Assembly (NCBI GenBank): GCA_023213395.1
Contig: CM041465.1
Coordinates: forward strand, 210,249,741 to 210,313,740
Reading direction: 5' to 3'
DNA: 64,000 bases
DNA from: Cycas panzhihuaensis
Taxonomy: Eukaryota; Plantae; Cycadophyta
Positions 14,112 through 27,589 of the stretch are shown one piece after another. Position numbers and translations under genes: made by a program. Numbering within the stretch: the stretch's first letter is position 1; every line of letters begins with the position of its first letter. A model generated the notes under the pieces. The model ran no database searches and had not been told where the DNA came from. It saw only the letters and a list, made by a program, of their open reading frames with translations.

Positions 14112-15662
14112 TCACATTTGAACTCTAAGCTTTGCCTTCCAGGGATTAAACAAGTTTAGTTCCTTAGCTCACTACCCACTAGTGGTAGAGGTTGGATTAC
14201 TTGGTGGGACAAAGTTGTAGCTCGAACTAGCTCATTCCTAAGAGGATTTGGAAAGCACACAACAACGATTAAGAGAAGGGTGGAAAAATTCAATGCAAAT
14301 AAATTGGCCGCAGTTAGACAGAATCTCGAACAAGACCTATTTAATGAAATTTTGCAAAAGGAAGTGGCAATGTTGTCTTAAGCATTGAAAGTCTTTGAAA
14401 TTAGAAGAGTGAAAGGTGCCAAGATCAAAGCTAGAGTGCATTGGTTGAAAGGAGGAGAGAAATGTTCTAAAATTTTCTTCCAAACTCTCAAAAGGAAGCA
14501 GAACAATTAAAAGATGCTAGCCTTGAAAGCTATTGATCATTGACTCATAGATATGCAAGCTATTTTAGGTGTTAGTTAACCATTATATGCAGGTCTTTAG
14601 AGCTCATCCTTTCACTTTGGAGTTAGAAGCTACTAGAAAGAAATGCCTGGCTATGTTTCCAAGGAAGGTCCCTGAAACTTGATGAACTATTTGTGATACC
14701 CCTATTAGATTAGAAGAGTTAGCAAAGGCTGTTCAATTGATCGCTAATGAAAAATTCCTTGGATTGGATGGGTTTCCTTGTGAATTTCATAAGGTCACAT
14801 GGGATTTTACTGACCCCATCCTCTTGAAAGTATATCGTGAGGCTACTCAAATAGGGTCCCTTGAGGAGATCATCAATCAAGGATCCATCAAGTTCATCCT
14901 GAAAGCAAGTGACCCATAAGTTATCTCAAGCTAGAGACCCATTACGCTTTTGAAAGTTTCATATTAAATTTTAGCCAAGGCATTAGCACTTGGAATCGAA
15001 GGTCCTTTGCCTAAGATGGTATGGTTTGAACAAAGAGGGTTCATCAAAGGAAGGTTCATTTTGGACAACATCATTGGTGTAAGGTAAGGAATGGAGTGGG
15101 CTAGATCCACAGGACAAGACATTTGTTTATAAAGATGGATTTTGAGAAAGCCTACGATTGAGTTGAGTGGAGTTATATCTTGAACATCATTAAGGCTTTG
15201 GGCTTTGGAGAAAAATTCATAAGGATGATTTAGATCCTCTTTGAGGATGTCTCAGACTGAATCTTAGCGAATGGGGTATTATCCCAATTGGTTCAACTTT
15301 AGAGATTAATAAGGTAAGGTTGTTCTCTACCTTCCTCCCTATTTGCCCTAGCAATGAATGCTTTGGATTGACTTCTTCAAGAGAAAGTTAGTTTTGATTT
15401 GCTTAAGGCCAGTAGCCTTCCAAGCGATGACAAACAATTAATTAATCGCCAGGTTGTTGATGACTCTTTCCTCATTGTTAAAGTAGATTCCCAAATAGTT
15501 ACGCAAGCTTTAGAGGTAGTTAATTCTTGTTGTGAAGATTGGTTCGAAGATCAATTGGGAAAAAACTGTCTGTTATTACCAAGCAAGAAAGGACATACCA
15601 GACTAACTTACCTCATTCAATTGGAAATGGATTTAGACATGAGAGGTTTTTAGGTTTCTTGA

Positions 15663-15989
15663 TATTGAAAGGGAAGATGGGATCTAGTGTTTCATCACAA
15701 ACACTACAACATTGGCAAATTAATGGAGACAAGAAGAAATGAGAGCAACAATTGAAGAACCAAAGGAGAGCTCAAAAATGAAAGGTGAGAATTATTTCAC
15801 CCTCCATGAGATCTCGTCTTTTATAATTAAGTGTATTAGGGTTAGGATTTTCCCACCTAATGACATTCACATGAAATTACAATGAAATCACATCTAAATG
15901 CACCTAATGTGCATTTCACTTAAGTGATGTAATTTAACTTTCACTTAAGTTACTTCATCTAAATAATCTATCTAAATGACCTTGTAACA
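15663..15989 (-). mobile_element. Probable solo LTR inside the LINE RT region
   Basis: Interrupts LINE coding (FRFL|GIPFG). Ends t(a)ttg...taaca; contains cacttaagtg palindromes like the Copia LTRs here. TSD not resolved. Confidence 0.5.
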
Positions 15990-16860
15990 TTAATTTCTTT
16001 CAGGTATACCATTTGGGTTTGGAGAGTCTCTTGTAGACATGTGGGATTACGTGCTTATAAGAGTTGAGAAACTTACCTCTTGGTCTTCCAAATTTATATT
16101 TGGTTGGAAAATTTTAAATATGCTCCAAGGTTCTAGCTACCATCCATGTATGCTATTCCTTGCATTGGGTCCCCTCCAATGTAGCGTATGATAAACTTAG
16201 CAAAATCCTCAAATCATATCTGTAGTCTAACGTCGAAGGAAGGAAAGGCTTTTGTAGAGTCAAATGACAAACATGTTGCAAACCTAAAGTGTAGGGGGGG
16301 GGGGGGGGTGGACTTATTAACATCAAACTCCAAGGCAAAGCTCTTTGCACCAAGAGGTTAGTCAAGGTAGTTGATGGAGATGAACCTTGGAAAATCCTCA
16401 TTAGGCATAATGTGGCATAGGCCAAACCATGTGGCAACAATAGATTTGTCCTCTCCACACAAGAAGCCTTAATCACCCCTGTGCCAATCAAAGTGGCAAG
16501 GTCACCCATATTTTAATCAATCCGGTCAACGTGGGAAAGTTGCAAGAGACTGGTGAGTTGGCATGACAATCAATTATGTAGGGGCTCTCCTCCTCAAACC
16601 ACTCAATATGGTGGTCTACCATCAATAAGTTCAGTTGGAATGTTGCTTTGCTTGGCGATACAAAAGTCCTCCCCAATTTTTTGCATTTGGCTAGGGAGTT
16701 GTTAAGGATAGAATTACTTTATACCTTCTGGAAATTTAAAAATAATGTGGTTTTTCAACACAAAACATCCACATGCACCTTCTTGGTTGGATTTTTCCTA
16801 ACAATCTTGCAATGATGTACTTTATAGATTTGTGCCCAAGCCTAGAAAGTCTAGGTAGAG

Positions 16861-19800
16861 TGTAGCATTCTCCTTAATGTTGGCTAATATCCACTTTACA
16901 TTTTGGCTGACTGCCTTCTTTAGAAAACCAACTTCTATTATTAATTATGTTCTTCGCCTATATATAGGGTAGTTTGCCCCCATTTGTAATCATCATCATG
17001 CACTTTTGGATCTACTATTTTTAGCCTCAATTGGGACTATTTGAGGACACCTCACCTCAAAGAGGGAGCTTTCTGAGGTTATCAGTAGTTGTAAATTCTT
17101 GACAGTTATTAATATTTCAGGCTATAATTAATTCTATGATCAATATTTCAATGAATGCTTGAAAAAAATGTCTTTTATTTCTGCAAATAGCTTATATTAC
17201 ATGGTACATCTGAGCTTTTTTCCACAAAATAACCTAGTCTTGTGTGTATTTTTGTCATTTTAGTGTGAATCCTTGTTCGGATTCCCACAAGTGGTATCAA
17301 AGCCTCATTTTCAAGGCCACCCAGTTCTAGAAATTAGCTTTTCGCAGCCAAAACACTCATTTCAGCAAGCAATATGCTACAAACAATAGTACAGTAGCCA
17401 ATATCGAAGGTGCCTTAGGGCAAAAAACAAGGGCCATTTTTTTTTTTCCTAAAATGGAACTAAGATTTGGGAAGATCCTTGCACCAGGCAAGGCAGTAAA
17501 CCACCTGTCAATAACAGTAGAAGATATTGCTAGAAGAGTAGATCATTTAACCACTAAAATGGCCTTCAAGCACAGAGAAATAAAGGATGAAGTAGGAACT
17601 CAATTGGATGAAATAAGGGTTGAAACGAAAAATCAAAACAAAGAATTCACAAGAAAATTTAACATCTTAGAAGGATTATTAAAAGGTCCTAAATCAAAGA
17701 ACAACAAGGATGATGCAAGACCCTCCAATAGGGAGGAAGTTCCTCACCACCATGAAGAAAAAGAAATAAAAATCAAAAGCAATTATGAATATGGACTCAG
17801 AAACTCCAAGTTTCTTAGACAAATTTGACCTAGAAAAATCAAGGGACATTTGATGTTGGATTGTTCAGATGGATCTCTATTTTGAAATGCAACTTGAATG
17901 AGAAGTGGTTGCATCCCTCCATTTGTGTGGCAAAGCAATCAAATGGTTTTAATGGTAGAGCAAGGATTATAAGGGAACAACCCATTACAACTAGGATTTT
18001 TTGAAAACCTTGTTAATGAAATAATCCGAAAGCACTTGGAGCACATATTACTTCTCACAACTAATGTGCCTATAGCAAACAAGCACTGTCCAAGCTTACA
18101 TTGTAGTGATCCTAATCTATTAAGGTGAAGTTGGTATTTTATTAATATCATTAGAAGTTAGTTTTATTATTATTATTATTATTAAGGAGTTGGTATTTTT
18201 AAATTAATATGAAGTTTGTTTTTATATTAGGAAATCAATATTTTATTATTATATTATTATTGAAGTCAATCTTTTTAATAGGGAGCCATATTGGCACCTA
18301 TAACTAGGGAAGACACCCATTTCATTGTGTAAGTTTTATTTTTTGGGTTAATCCTAATTTATTTGGCACTTGATGCCTAGGGCAATTTTGCATATTCAAC
18401 TTCCATTTCAGCTTTCTTTCCATCCTTCTTCTTGTTGATGAAATAGATCCAATTTAGGATCACTTCAAGTGGCATCAAAGCCAAGACCCGAGTTTGAATC
18501 TCTTTCAGACAACGCCGCTTATGTGGGTGGTAGGGCGATGTAGCATGAACACTGTCAATACACATGAACACTGTTGTAGTCGGAACCCTTAAGGCACCCA
18601 AATGCTAGTGAATGTGAGGCTAGGTGGGGCTAGCCCATTTAACTTGGGGGGGGGGGAGAGTCATGGTCTACTTTGTGGCGAGTACTTTCCACTAACTGTT
18701 AAACCTTATGTTTATCTTATGTTTACATGTTAAGCTTTATGTACTTTATGTTAATGTATTATGTGCACTTTAATGTATTATGTGCACTTTTGTATTTTAG
18801 GGGTGACTTTATCACTTAAGTGATAAAGTACACACCCACTTTATGTCTAGTGACATAACGTTGTCACTTGAGGGTCAAATGACCCCCTTGCACTTTTGCT
18901 CACAAGAGCTCCTAAAGGACACTTGTCCTTCATGCAAGCATGCATTGCATGATTGACACTTGTTAATCATGCAATAGCCTTTGGCCTCTCATCTTCCTCT
19001 ATTTAATGAGGCCTCTCTTCATTGTTTCTTATCAAGAGTTGGAGCTACTTTGTTATTCTGTCAGTTTGCTAATCAAGTTGAGTATTCTTTGGTGGTTGGA
19101 CCAATTCCAACACCACACATTTGGTATCTTTGTCTTGCTCCTCTTTCTCTCTTTGTGTTTTATCTTGTTTATGCTTAATGCATGTTATGCTTTTATGCTT
19201 TTCAGAACTAGAGTGAGTCTAGTCTCTAGATCTTGGACTTGTGACACCTCTAGGTTTTAGTGTGACAGTTTGTTACATACATAGAGGAATTCTAGAACCT
19301 ACAGAGCTTGCTCACCTCCAAAATTGACCTTGACTTATCACATGAACCTTATATCAAAGGCATTAGAGGGAATGTCAACTTCCAAATTAAAACATTGAAT
19401 GTAGGGTTGCTAAGGGAAGCAATCAAACAGGCATGAAATATAGAAGCAAAATTTAGAGAGTCGTGCTAGAATTTTATTCGTAGAGATGATTGCCTTCAAA
19501 CTATCAGGCAAAGCATTAGACCAAATTGGTCCCAATCAAGCACCAAAGCCGACCCACCATTCATAGAATGAAATGAAAGTGGAGCCATTGAAGGCAAACT
19601 TTCTAAGACAAAACACCTTCGAAGAGGAGCATGCTTCGATTGCAACGACAAATTGAGTCAAGATCATAGATGTCTAGCAAAGAAAGTCTTCATGCTAAAG
19701 AACAAAGAGAGAGACATACCTCTATATAAGAGGAGGAACCAAAAGAAATGGAACCATTGGAGAAAAATGAAGCCAAAATAAAGGAATTGCTAAATGACAC

Positions 19801-22800
19801 GGATCTTGACAATGTTCAAATTTCTCTGCAAGCAATCACTAGAGAGACAAACACACCACAAGCACTATGCTTCAAAGGGACCATTAAGAATGCCGAGGTG
19901 TTGGTTCTAGTAGATAGCAACAACACATATAACTTCATCCACAGACCAACGACAATAAAGTTGGGACTCTAAGTCAAGCTGCTAAAGCAATTTAGAGTCA
20001 TAATAGTCAATGGGAATAGTATGCCATGCAAAGGATTTTGTGACAAGGTCCACGTATAGATCTTTGACTATTCAGTAAGCACATATATGTTTGCCATGCT
20101 TATCAAATGGGTTGACATGGTGTTAGGAATACAATAGCTTCAAAACTTGGGGAACATCGCCACCAACTATAAAATGTGTTTCATGAGTTTCTTCCAAAAA
20201 TGACGTAAATACAAACTACAAGCCCCAACTACACTCCCAGCACAGTTAGTCTCATCTAATTGAATGGTGAAGTTGCTCAAGAAAAGTCCCAGAACCTATA
20301 GTACTGTTGGCTACAAAGTTTCAATTGAAGACATTCCATCCAAAGGATAAACTATCATTGACCAACATAGCAGAGTCTTTGAGGATTTACCCAAGGAGCC
20401 ACCACCACCTTGTGGAAATGAACATGCAATTAAGCTAGTATTGGGAGCTACACTGGTAAATGTTTGGCCCTACAAACACCCATACCATTTTAAAAAGGAA
20501 ATAGAGAAGATCGCCAGGGATTTACTACAACAAGGGTTCATCACACCTAGCACCAGCCCATATGCTTCACTAGTTATTTTGAGTTGGGAAAAAGATGGGC
20601 CGCATCAAATGTGTGTCAATTGTTGCATCCTCAACAAAGTGACAATAAAAAATAGATACCCAATTCCTTGAATTGATGATCTGCCAGATGAACTACATAG
20701 GGCCAAGTTCTTTTTGAAAATTGATCTTTGCTCTAGCTACTATCATATTTGTATTAAAATTGAAGATTTATATAAGACAATCTTTAGGACACGAGGGATT
20801 GTTCAAATTTTGGGTGATGCCTTTCAAACTAACAAATGGCCCAACAACCTTCCAAAGCATTATGAATGTAGTACCAAAACCGTTCATGAGGAAGTTTGTC
20901 CTAGTGTTCTTTGATGACAACTTCATCTACAATTGAACGTGGGAGGAGCATTTAGGGCAAATTCAAGTAATGTGAAAAAGTCTTCAAAGATAGCCAATTC
21001 TTTGCAAACAAGGCTAAATGCACTTTTGGATGAATAAAGCTAGAATATTTGGGACATATCATCACACAGTGAACATCTAAAGCACATTTACGGCAAGGAG
21101 ATGCTTGCAATCATGCACGCCATCCACCAATGGTGCTAATATCTGTTAGGGAGCAAGTTCATTGTCAAAATAAAGCATGATAACCTCAAATATTTTCTAA
21201 ATAAAAAATCATTGATAGACGAACTGTAGAAATGGGTAAGCAAGCTATAATCTTTTGATTTTGACATCATATACAAGCAAAGGAAGGAGAATGTGGTCAT
21301 AGATGCATTATCCAAGATTCCAGAAGATGCAACTCTTTAGGCAATATCAATTGTTACTCCCAGCTGGACACAAAACCTTCCTCAAGAGTACTTGCTTGAT
21401 CTAGTATCACAGGAGATTCTATAGAAGATCCAAAATACGATATAGACAGAATACGAACAGAAAAATGATCTAATATTACACCATGGGAAGATCTTTATCC
21501 CTCACACATCATCATTCAAAAATAAGATTCTACAAGAGGTGCACACAACACCACTATCAGAACATATTGACATTGATAAGACATATCGACAAATGTGCAA
21601 TATATATTTTTTGAAGGGAATGAAAGCAGATGTCTACAAATTTGATGCGACATTTTCCATAGGCACAAAAGCAAAACCATCAAAGTTATGGGATTTCTTC
21701 AACCATTACACATACTAGATCATAAATGGGAAGAGATTTCACTAGATTTTATAATAGGCCTTCCCCAATCAGAGAGCAAAAACACAAATTTTGTCGTGGT
21801 CAATCAATCAACCAAATATGCACATTTTAGAGGCACTCAAGCCACAACTAAGGGTAGCCAGATAGCTGCCCCATTCATCAAGGAAAATCCATTGACTACA
21901 CAGATTTCCTAAAGTCATTATAAGTGACCATGACCCAAAATTTACGAATACTTTTTAGCAGAAGATGTTCGGACAAGTGGACACCAAACTCATAATGAAT
22001 ACAACATGCCATCCACAAACAGATGATTAGACGAAAGTAGTGAACAAATATTTGGAAGGATATCTCAGAAAATTCTCATTAGACAAACAAACACACTAGT
22101 ACAAATGGCTACAACTAATCGAATGGTTACATATCCATTTGTATGGGGTTCATACCCATACAAATGGTTACATCAACCAAAATGACCCCCTTCTAAGCTT
22201 TGTATGGGTATAAACCCCTATCCCTCCTCACCTAGGCCAATAACTCCCATGCGCCGACTGTATAGGATCAACAGGAACAAATGGCTCAAACAATGCAAAT
22301 CTTGAAGGAAGATCTTGAGCTGACAAGAAATCACATGAAGCAACACGTTGATTTACAAAGGTCAGAGCAATCTTTTGAGATAGGAGATTGGGTATTATTA
22401 AGGCTTCAACCTTATGAACAAGCCACCCTCAAACAAATAGGAAAGCTCAAGCTACAACTGTGTTTTTATGGACCATATCATATTTTGGACAAGATCAGAG
22501 AGGTGGCTTATAAGCTTGATCTACCACCTAACAGTGAAATCCATAATGTATTCCATTTCTCATGCCTTGAACCTAAATTGGGACAAACCACAATGGCCTA
22601 GACCAAACTCCCTGTCTTAGACAATAGAGGGAAGTTGGTTGTACAAGCCAAAGGCATTCTTCAGATCAGGACCAAGCAACTATGTTCCAAGAAGATTTGC
22701 TAATATCTGATCAAGTGGAAGGACCTCGATAAAGAAAACGCAATGTGAGAATTAGAAGAATGGTACCAACAACATTTGCACATCCCCATGATTTGAGGAC

Positions 22801-23271
22801 AAAGCATGTTCTTAGAGAGCGGGGGCAGTAGGGGACTTATAACATTCTCCCTAATGCTGGCCAACTTCTACTTTACATTTTAGCCAAGTTCTTTCTTTAG
22901 AAGACCAACTTCTATTATTAATTCCATGCTTCACCTATATATAGTGTAGTCTACCCCCATTTGTAATCATCATCATGCATTTTCAAATCTATTATTTTTA
23001 GCCCTAGTTTGGACTATTCTGGGAGGACACCTTGCCTCGAAGAGGGAGCTTTCTGAGGTTATTAGTAGTTGTAAGTTTTTGATGGTTATTAATATTTCAA
23101 ATTATAATTAATTCTATGATCAATATTTTAGTGAATGCTTGGAAAACCTGTGTCTTTTATTTTTGCAAATAGTTTATATTACATGGTATATCTAGAGTTT
23201 TCTCTACAAAATAGCCTAGTCTTGTGTGCATTTTTGTCATTTTAGTGTGAATCTCTATTGGGATTCCCACA
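16861..23271 (+). mobile_element. Degenerate chromodomain Gypsy element G0 (LTRs 16861-17289 and 22838-23271)
   Basis: Perfect TSD tagag; PBS tggtatcaaagc at 17292. Gag, protease (VLVDS), RT (NRYPIP, LVFFDD), partly deleted RNase H, integrase (WEEISLDFIIGLP, FYGPY), chromodomain-like end (LIKWKDL). Confidence 0.93.
18102..19277 (+). mobile_element. Chimeric TRIM-like insertion in G0 gag: LTR 18102-18467, PBS, ~165 bp spacer, PPT, then a Copia-family LTR 18697-19277
   Basis: TSD tacat on both sides; gag TVQAYI|EEF is restored on removal. 14-bp terminal inverted repeat in the left LTR; PBS tggcatcaaagcc at 18470; G-rich PPT ~18645-18660. Confidence 0.8.
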
Positions 23272-26200
23272 TAGAGCTTACCCACCTCCTTGAATTAATA
23301 GATCACTAAGGAGCAACCCTTTATACCATTTCCAAAGTTTTACCCAAGGAGGGCAGCTCGAGATAGCTAGAGCCTTGTAGGAGGTAGTGTAGGGGTATAA
23401 GAAAATCTAGGCACAGTAACCCTATTCTACCTTAGTAATAGCAACACTCATCCTCTCATTTGACTAGTCTAAGAGCCAACAAATAGTGCACCACTCAGGT
23501 GCTTGTCCCAATAAATATTGAAACAACCACTTGCAAATGGTGGAAGATGAAAGAAGACCCCCCTTAATAAAGGGGATGATGGTTGGGGTAAAAACTTTGA
23601 TCCCTTTGTTAGCAGAGGAGGTTGGGTGATTGAATGATATGTTGACTTCAACCCTTAAGGGCAATGTAGTTTTTTGTAGCCATTCCCCTAAAGGAAATAG
23701 TTTTTGCTTTTTCATCCATGGGATGGTGCAGATAATGTTCTCTCTCCAGCTTTCTTGTTGTATCATGTGTGTAATTCTTCCTATTTAATGAATCATCTTT
23801 TTGCAAGCCAAAAAAAAAAAAAGAATATTATGTTTTAGCATCCATTAGACACCAAAACTATTCTAACTCCTATATTGCCAAAGATAATTGCTTGGAAGTA
23901 GAAGAATGTTTTCAAAGTGGCTTGCACCCACAAAAGCTAACAATGACTGTAGACTCATCCTAATCATCCATGCTACGTTCCTAAATTTTGAAGAAGTTGG
24001 TGAAGTTAGTTTTTAGGAAGATAAAGGAAGAATTATTTAATGTATATTTATTATGAAGTTCGTATTTTTAGGAGAGATAATTAGAAGATAGACTTAGAGA
24101 GAGAAAAAGAAGGCTACAAATAAAGGAGCCTTATTCATTTGTAAGCATCTTGGAGAATTTATTATTTAATATGGGGCTAATGGACTAATGGCATTAGGGC
24201 ACATTGTGCTAATTGGGAGGACACCCTCGCCTTGAAGAGGGCATTACTATCTGAGATGTTTCATCTAACATTTATGGTTATTATTATAATCTAATGTTAC
24301 TGCTGCAATTTCTAATATTATTTCATGGATGAGTTATTATATCTGAGTTATAGTGGAAATTTGTTGTTATGAATGTTAATCTACCATCATGAATGTTATC
24401 TAAATGGGTTTATACTGCAACTGTTAATGCTTTCTGTTATTATCAGTGAGTAATTCTACGTTGGTATCAGAGCGAGGTTATCAGGCCTACACCAAGTTGC
24501 CAGTTTTACACCAGGTCAGTTCGGGAAAAACCCTAACCATATCCCATTGCGTTGAACTTTTGAAGATAAGGGTTTGTGAGAGACTATTCATGTGCCTCCG
24601 TTGGGGCGACCATATTGCCTATTATCATCTATCTATTTTAGTTCGTTGCTGGGATGAGTGAAGACGTTGCTGGATTGGTGATGTACGCTTGTTTTGTGTG
24701 TTGCCCTAAGCAACACCCTACTGCATTGCTACCTTTGTGTTCATCGAGTGATGACCATGTGCTGCCCTAATAGTGTGGTTGCATGAAGCTCTAATTCTCA
24801 GTTGTTATGTGCATTAGTGTGAATATTGTGGTTTGTTTGTACCAAGAGGAGCTAATGTTGTTACGTGGTTGTGGTTGCCCTTTTGTTGGCTTAGCTTATG
24901 TTGTGATCTATTATTTGTTGTTCCATTTCACTAAAGCTCCCATTGACCTATGTAGTTGGAGTCAAAACGTGTAGCGTGTTATTTATTTGTTAGAGAGTTA
25001 CCAACATGAAGTACTCTTATAAGCCATCACAGGAATATGTTCATGTGTAGAGAAGCCATAACAACACAATATTCTATAAGGGCAAAGAAATCATCATACG
25101 ATAGGGAATATATTACGAGGATCTATGCATTGTCCCCAATATAAAACAAGGATTCATATATCGTGCACTAAGTGATCTCATGATAAGGGGCGACTAATCA
25201 TGCTATCAATAGAGAAGTGGCACCATTACCATTCCTATGATTGCTCGCTGGCAGATGGAAACTCAATTTCATCAACGTAATAGCTTTGACTAGTCAAGGA
25301 TGCATTTCTTTTTTTTTCCTAAGGTTTTTGTTTAATTTAATTAAGTTTAATATGTGGTTGAAGTCTGCCACCCCCCCTCCACCCTCCCCTTACACACCTA
25401 AAGGCCACGTGGTTACCTAATATGACCTAGGGTTAAGTCCAAAATGGGCTTAAAAATTCTTTCATTTTATTTCGATTTTTCTAATTTTGTTTGTAAAAGG
25501 GGGTACTTGGACGTTTTTGTCTGTAACTCCTATTGTAGGTACTAAATTCCATATTCGTCTAATTCATTGGAATCCTAACTTATACATGATCAATTTGAGT
25601 GGTCATATAGTACAATTTTGGCCAATGCATGGTATTGATTTTAATCCTTGAATTCACAACTCTTGTTGACAAAGAAAAAATAGGGAACTTAGAGAAATTA
25701 CTACGAAGGTTCCACTTAATGGAAAAACTTCAGAAATTCTCCTTCAAAGGAAGCATGATGGGCACACAATGGCTACAACATGTCGAATTGTATTATGGAT
25801 TCTCACAAGATATAGAATTTGATATTTATAGACCTTATATTCAATGTTTCTTGATAGGAGAAGCTCTTGATTGGTTTATTGCCATAGCAGATCAATATCA
25901 CTGCTTGATCGGTTTTGGTTTCAAGCTTCATTCCAACTAGTTGCTAAGCCATGGACGCAAGCGCATGAGAAAATTAAAGAGGTCAAAGAAGCAGAGCAAG
26001 AAGACAAACACATGGAAGAAGAGGAAAAGCAAACCATTAATGAGGAGATCCAAGAATCTTTGTAGGAACATGAAGGGGAACTTGTTCAAAGGGAACAACA
26101 CAACAACATTGAAGACACAAAGCAAGTAAAAATGATGACTGATTATCTGGTAGAAAAGTCTAATGAAATGCTAGTTGAGGTCAAGGAGTAGCGATTGAGA

Positions 26201-27589
26201 GAGATAGAAGCATCAGAAAAAGAACCTAGGCACGTTGCAGAAGAAACTCGTCAACCAAGCAAATCCCTCAAGGTACTTAACATGATTCTTAATCTTGTTT
26301 TGCACATGCACAATTTCATTTGGTAGTTTCATCTATCCTCTCTTATTTCCATGCTCAATAATCGTAGAGAAACCCTCTCCCCCTTATCCCATAGCTATCC
26401 AAACTCCTAAATCCCTCAACTCCAAGTTTTGCAATCCCCCTTTACAACCTTAGTTCAATTCTCTACTTGCATGTTTCTTTGTCCCCTAGAGACCTTCCTC
26501 AATAGGATCTTCTAAACATTCTATCCTCACTTCATCAGGTTTCATCTACTAGTATAATGATTACCCCTTACAAAAACTCATCTTATCTGTTCTGACCTCC
26601 CATAATGCTATACCACCAACACTGTTTTTTACCATTAAATCCTTCGTACAATTTTGCCCCCATTTTTGAACACCCATTAAAATATTTATCCCATAAAGAA
26701 TCTATGTAGCATTCCTAAATGAAGATGAAGTTGGTTTTTTAATATAGGAAGAATTATTATTTAATTATATTTATTATGAAGTTGATTATTTTTTTTTTGA
26801 GAGAGAGTTAGGAGTTAGTTTTAGATAGAGAAATAAAGGCTATAAATAGAGAAGCCTTATTCATTTGTATTCATCTTTAGAGAATTAGATATTTTAGATC
26901 TGGGCTAATGGCCTAGAGATATTAGGGCACTTTGTGCCATTTTGGGAGGAAACCCTCGTCTGGAAGAGATCAAGATACTGTTGTTATTTTATCTAGTTTT
27001 GGAGTGAAATTGTGAAAATTATAGGGAATTTAATTTTGGCCTACTGTTTGTCACTATTTTTAGGGCCTAAAATCTATTACTATAAGTTCAAAACGGTCAT
27101 AACTTTTTCTATAGATGTCTAACTAACTTCAATTTGTTTTTTTTGAATCTATGCGTCTCAGCGTCTACTTTCTGTTGGAAGTGGTTTCAGATCTATCAGA
27201 TATTTAAGTAAAAAGTTATTAGCATTTTAGTAATAGCTTGTGTTGACAAGGAAAATGGACTCATAATTTTTTGATCGTGATGAAGGCATTAATGTCAATA
27301 AATAGCTACAAATGGTTGAATAACTGAATGATTTCACAAATGATACTAACATGGAAGAATATGGAGTATATATGGAACTTCTCTTACAAGGGAAAGCTCT
27401 TGATTGGTTCATTAACTGGTCTAGCAACCCAAAAATATTTAGTGATTGGGTGATGTGAGGACATCAAGAGGAGAGTGGGAGAGACATAGAGAGAAAGAAC
27501 ACCGAGATGGAAGAATGCAAGACTTTAAAGTGAGTATTCCATTGAATCCTTCAAGTATATATACATAAGTGAGAGATTCACATGATGGA

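Larger units (their letters stand above)
8600..23822 (+). mobile_element. Near full-length degenerate L1-clade LINE, interrupted at 10534-14111, ~15663-15989 and 16861-23271; 5' boundary approximate
   Basis: ORF1 DUF4283-like (GPWM...VVFNRWD, ~8920). Endonuclease MMNVISWKVRGL (9735), NIYAPN, GDFNM. RT GLDGFPCEF, RPITLL, GFIKGRFILDNI, DFEKAYD. C-terminal FWKFKNNVVF (~16730). A13 tail at 23810-23822. Reading FKLNTS|HLNSK continues across the first insertion. Confidence 0.88.
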
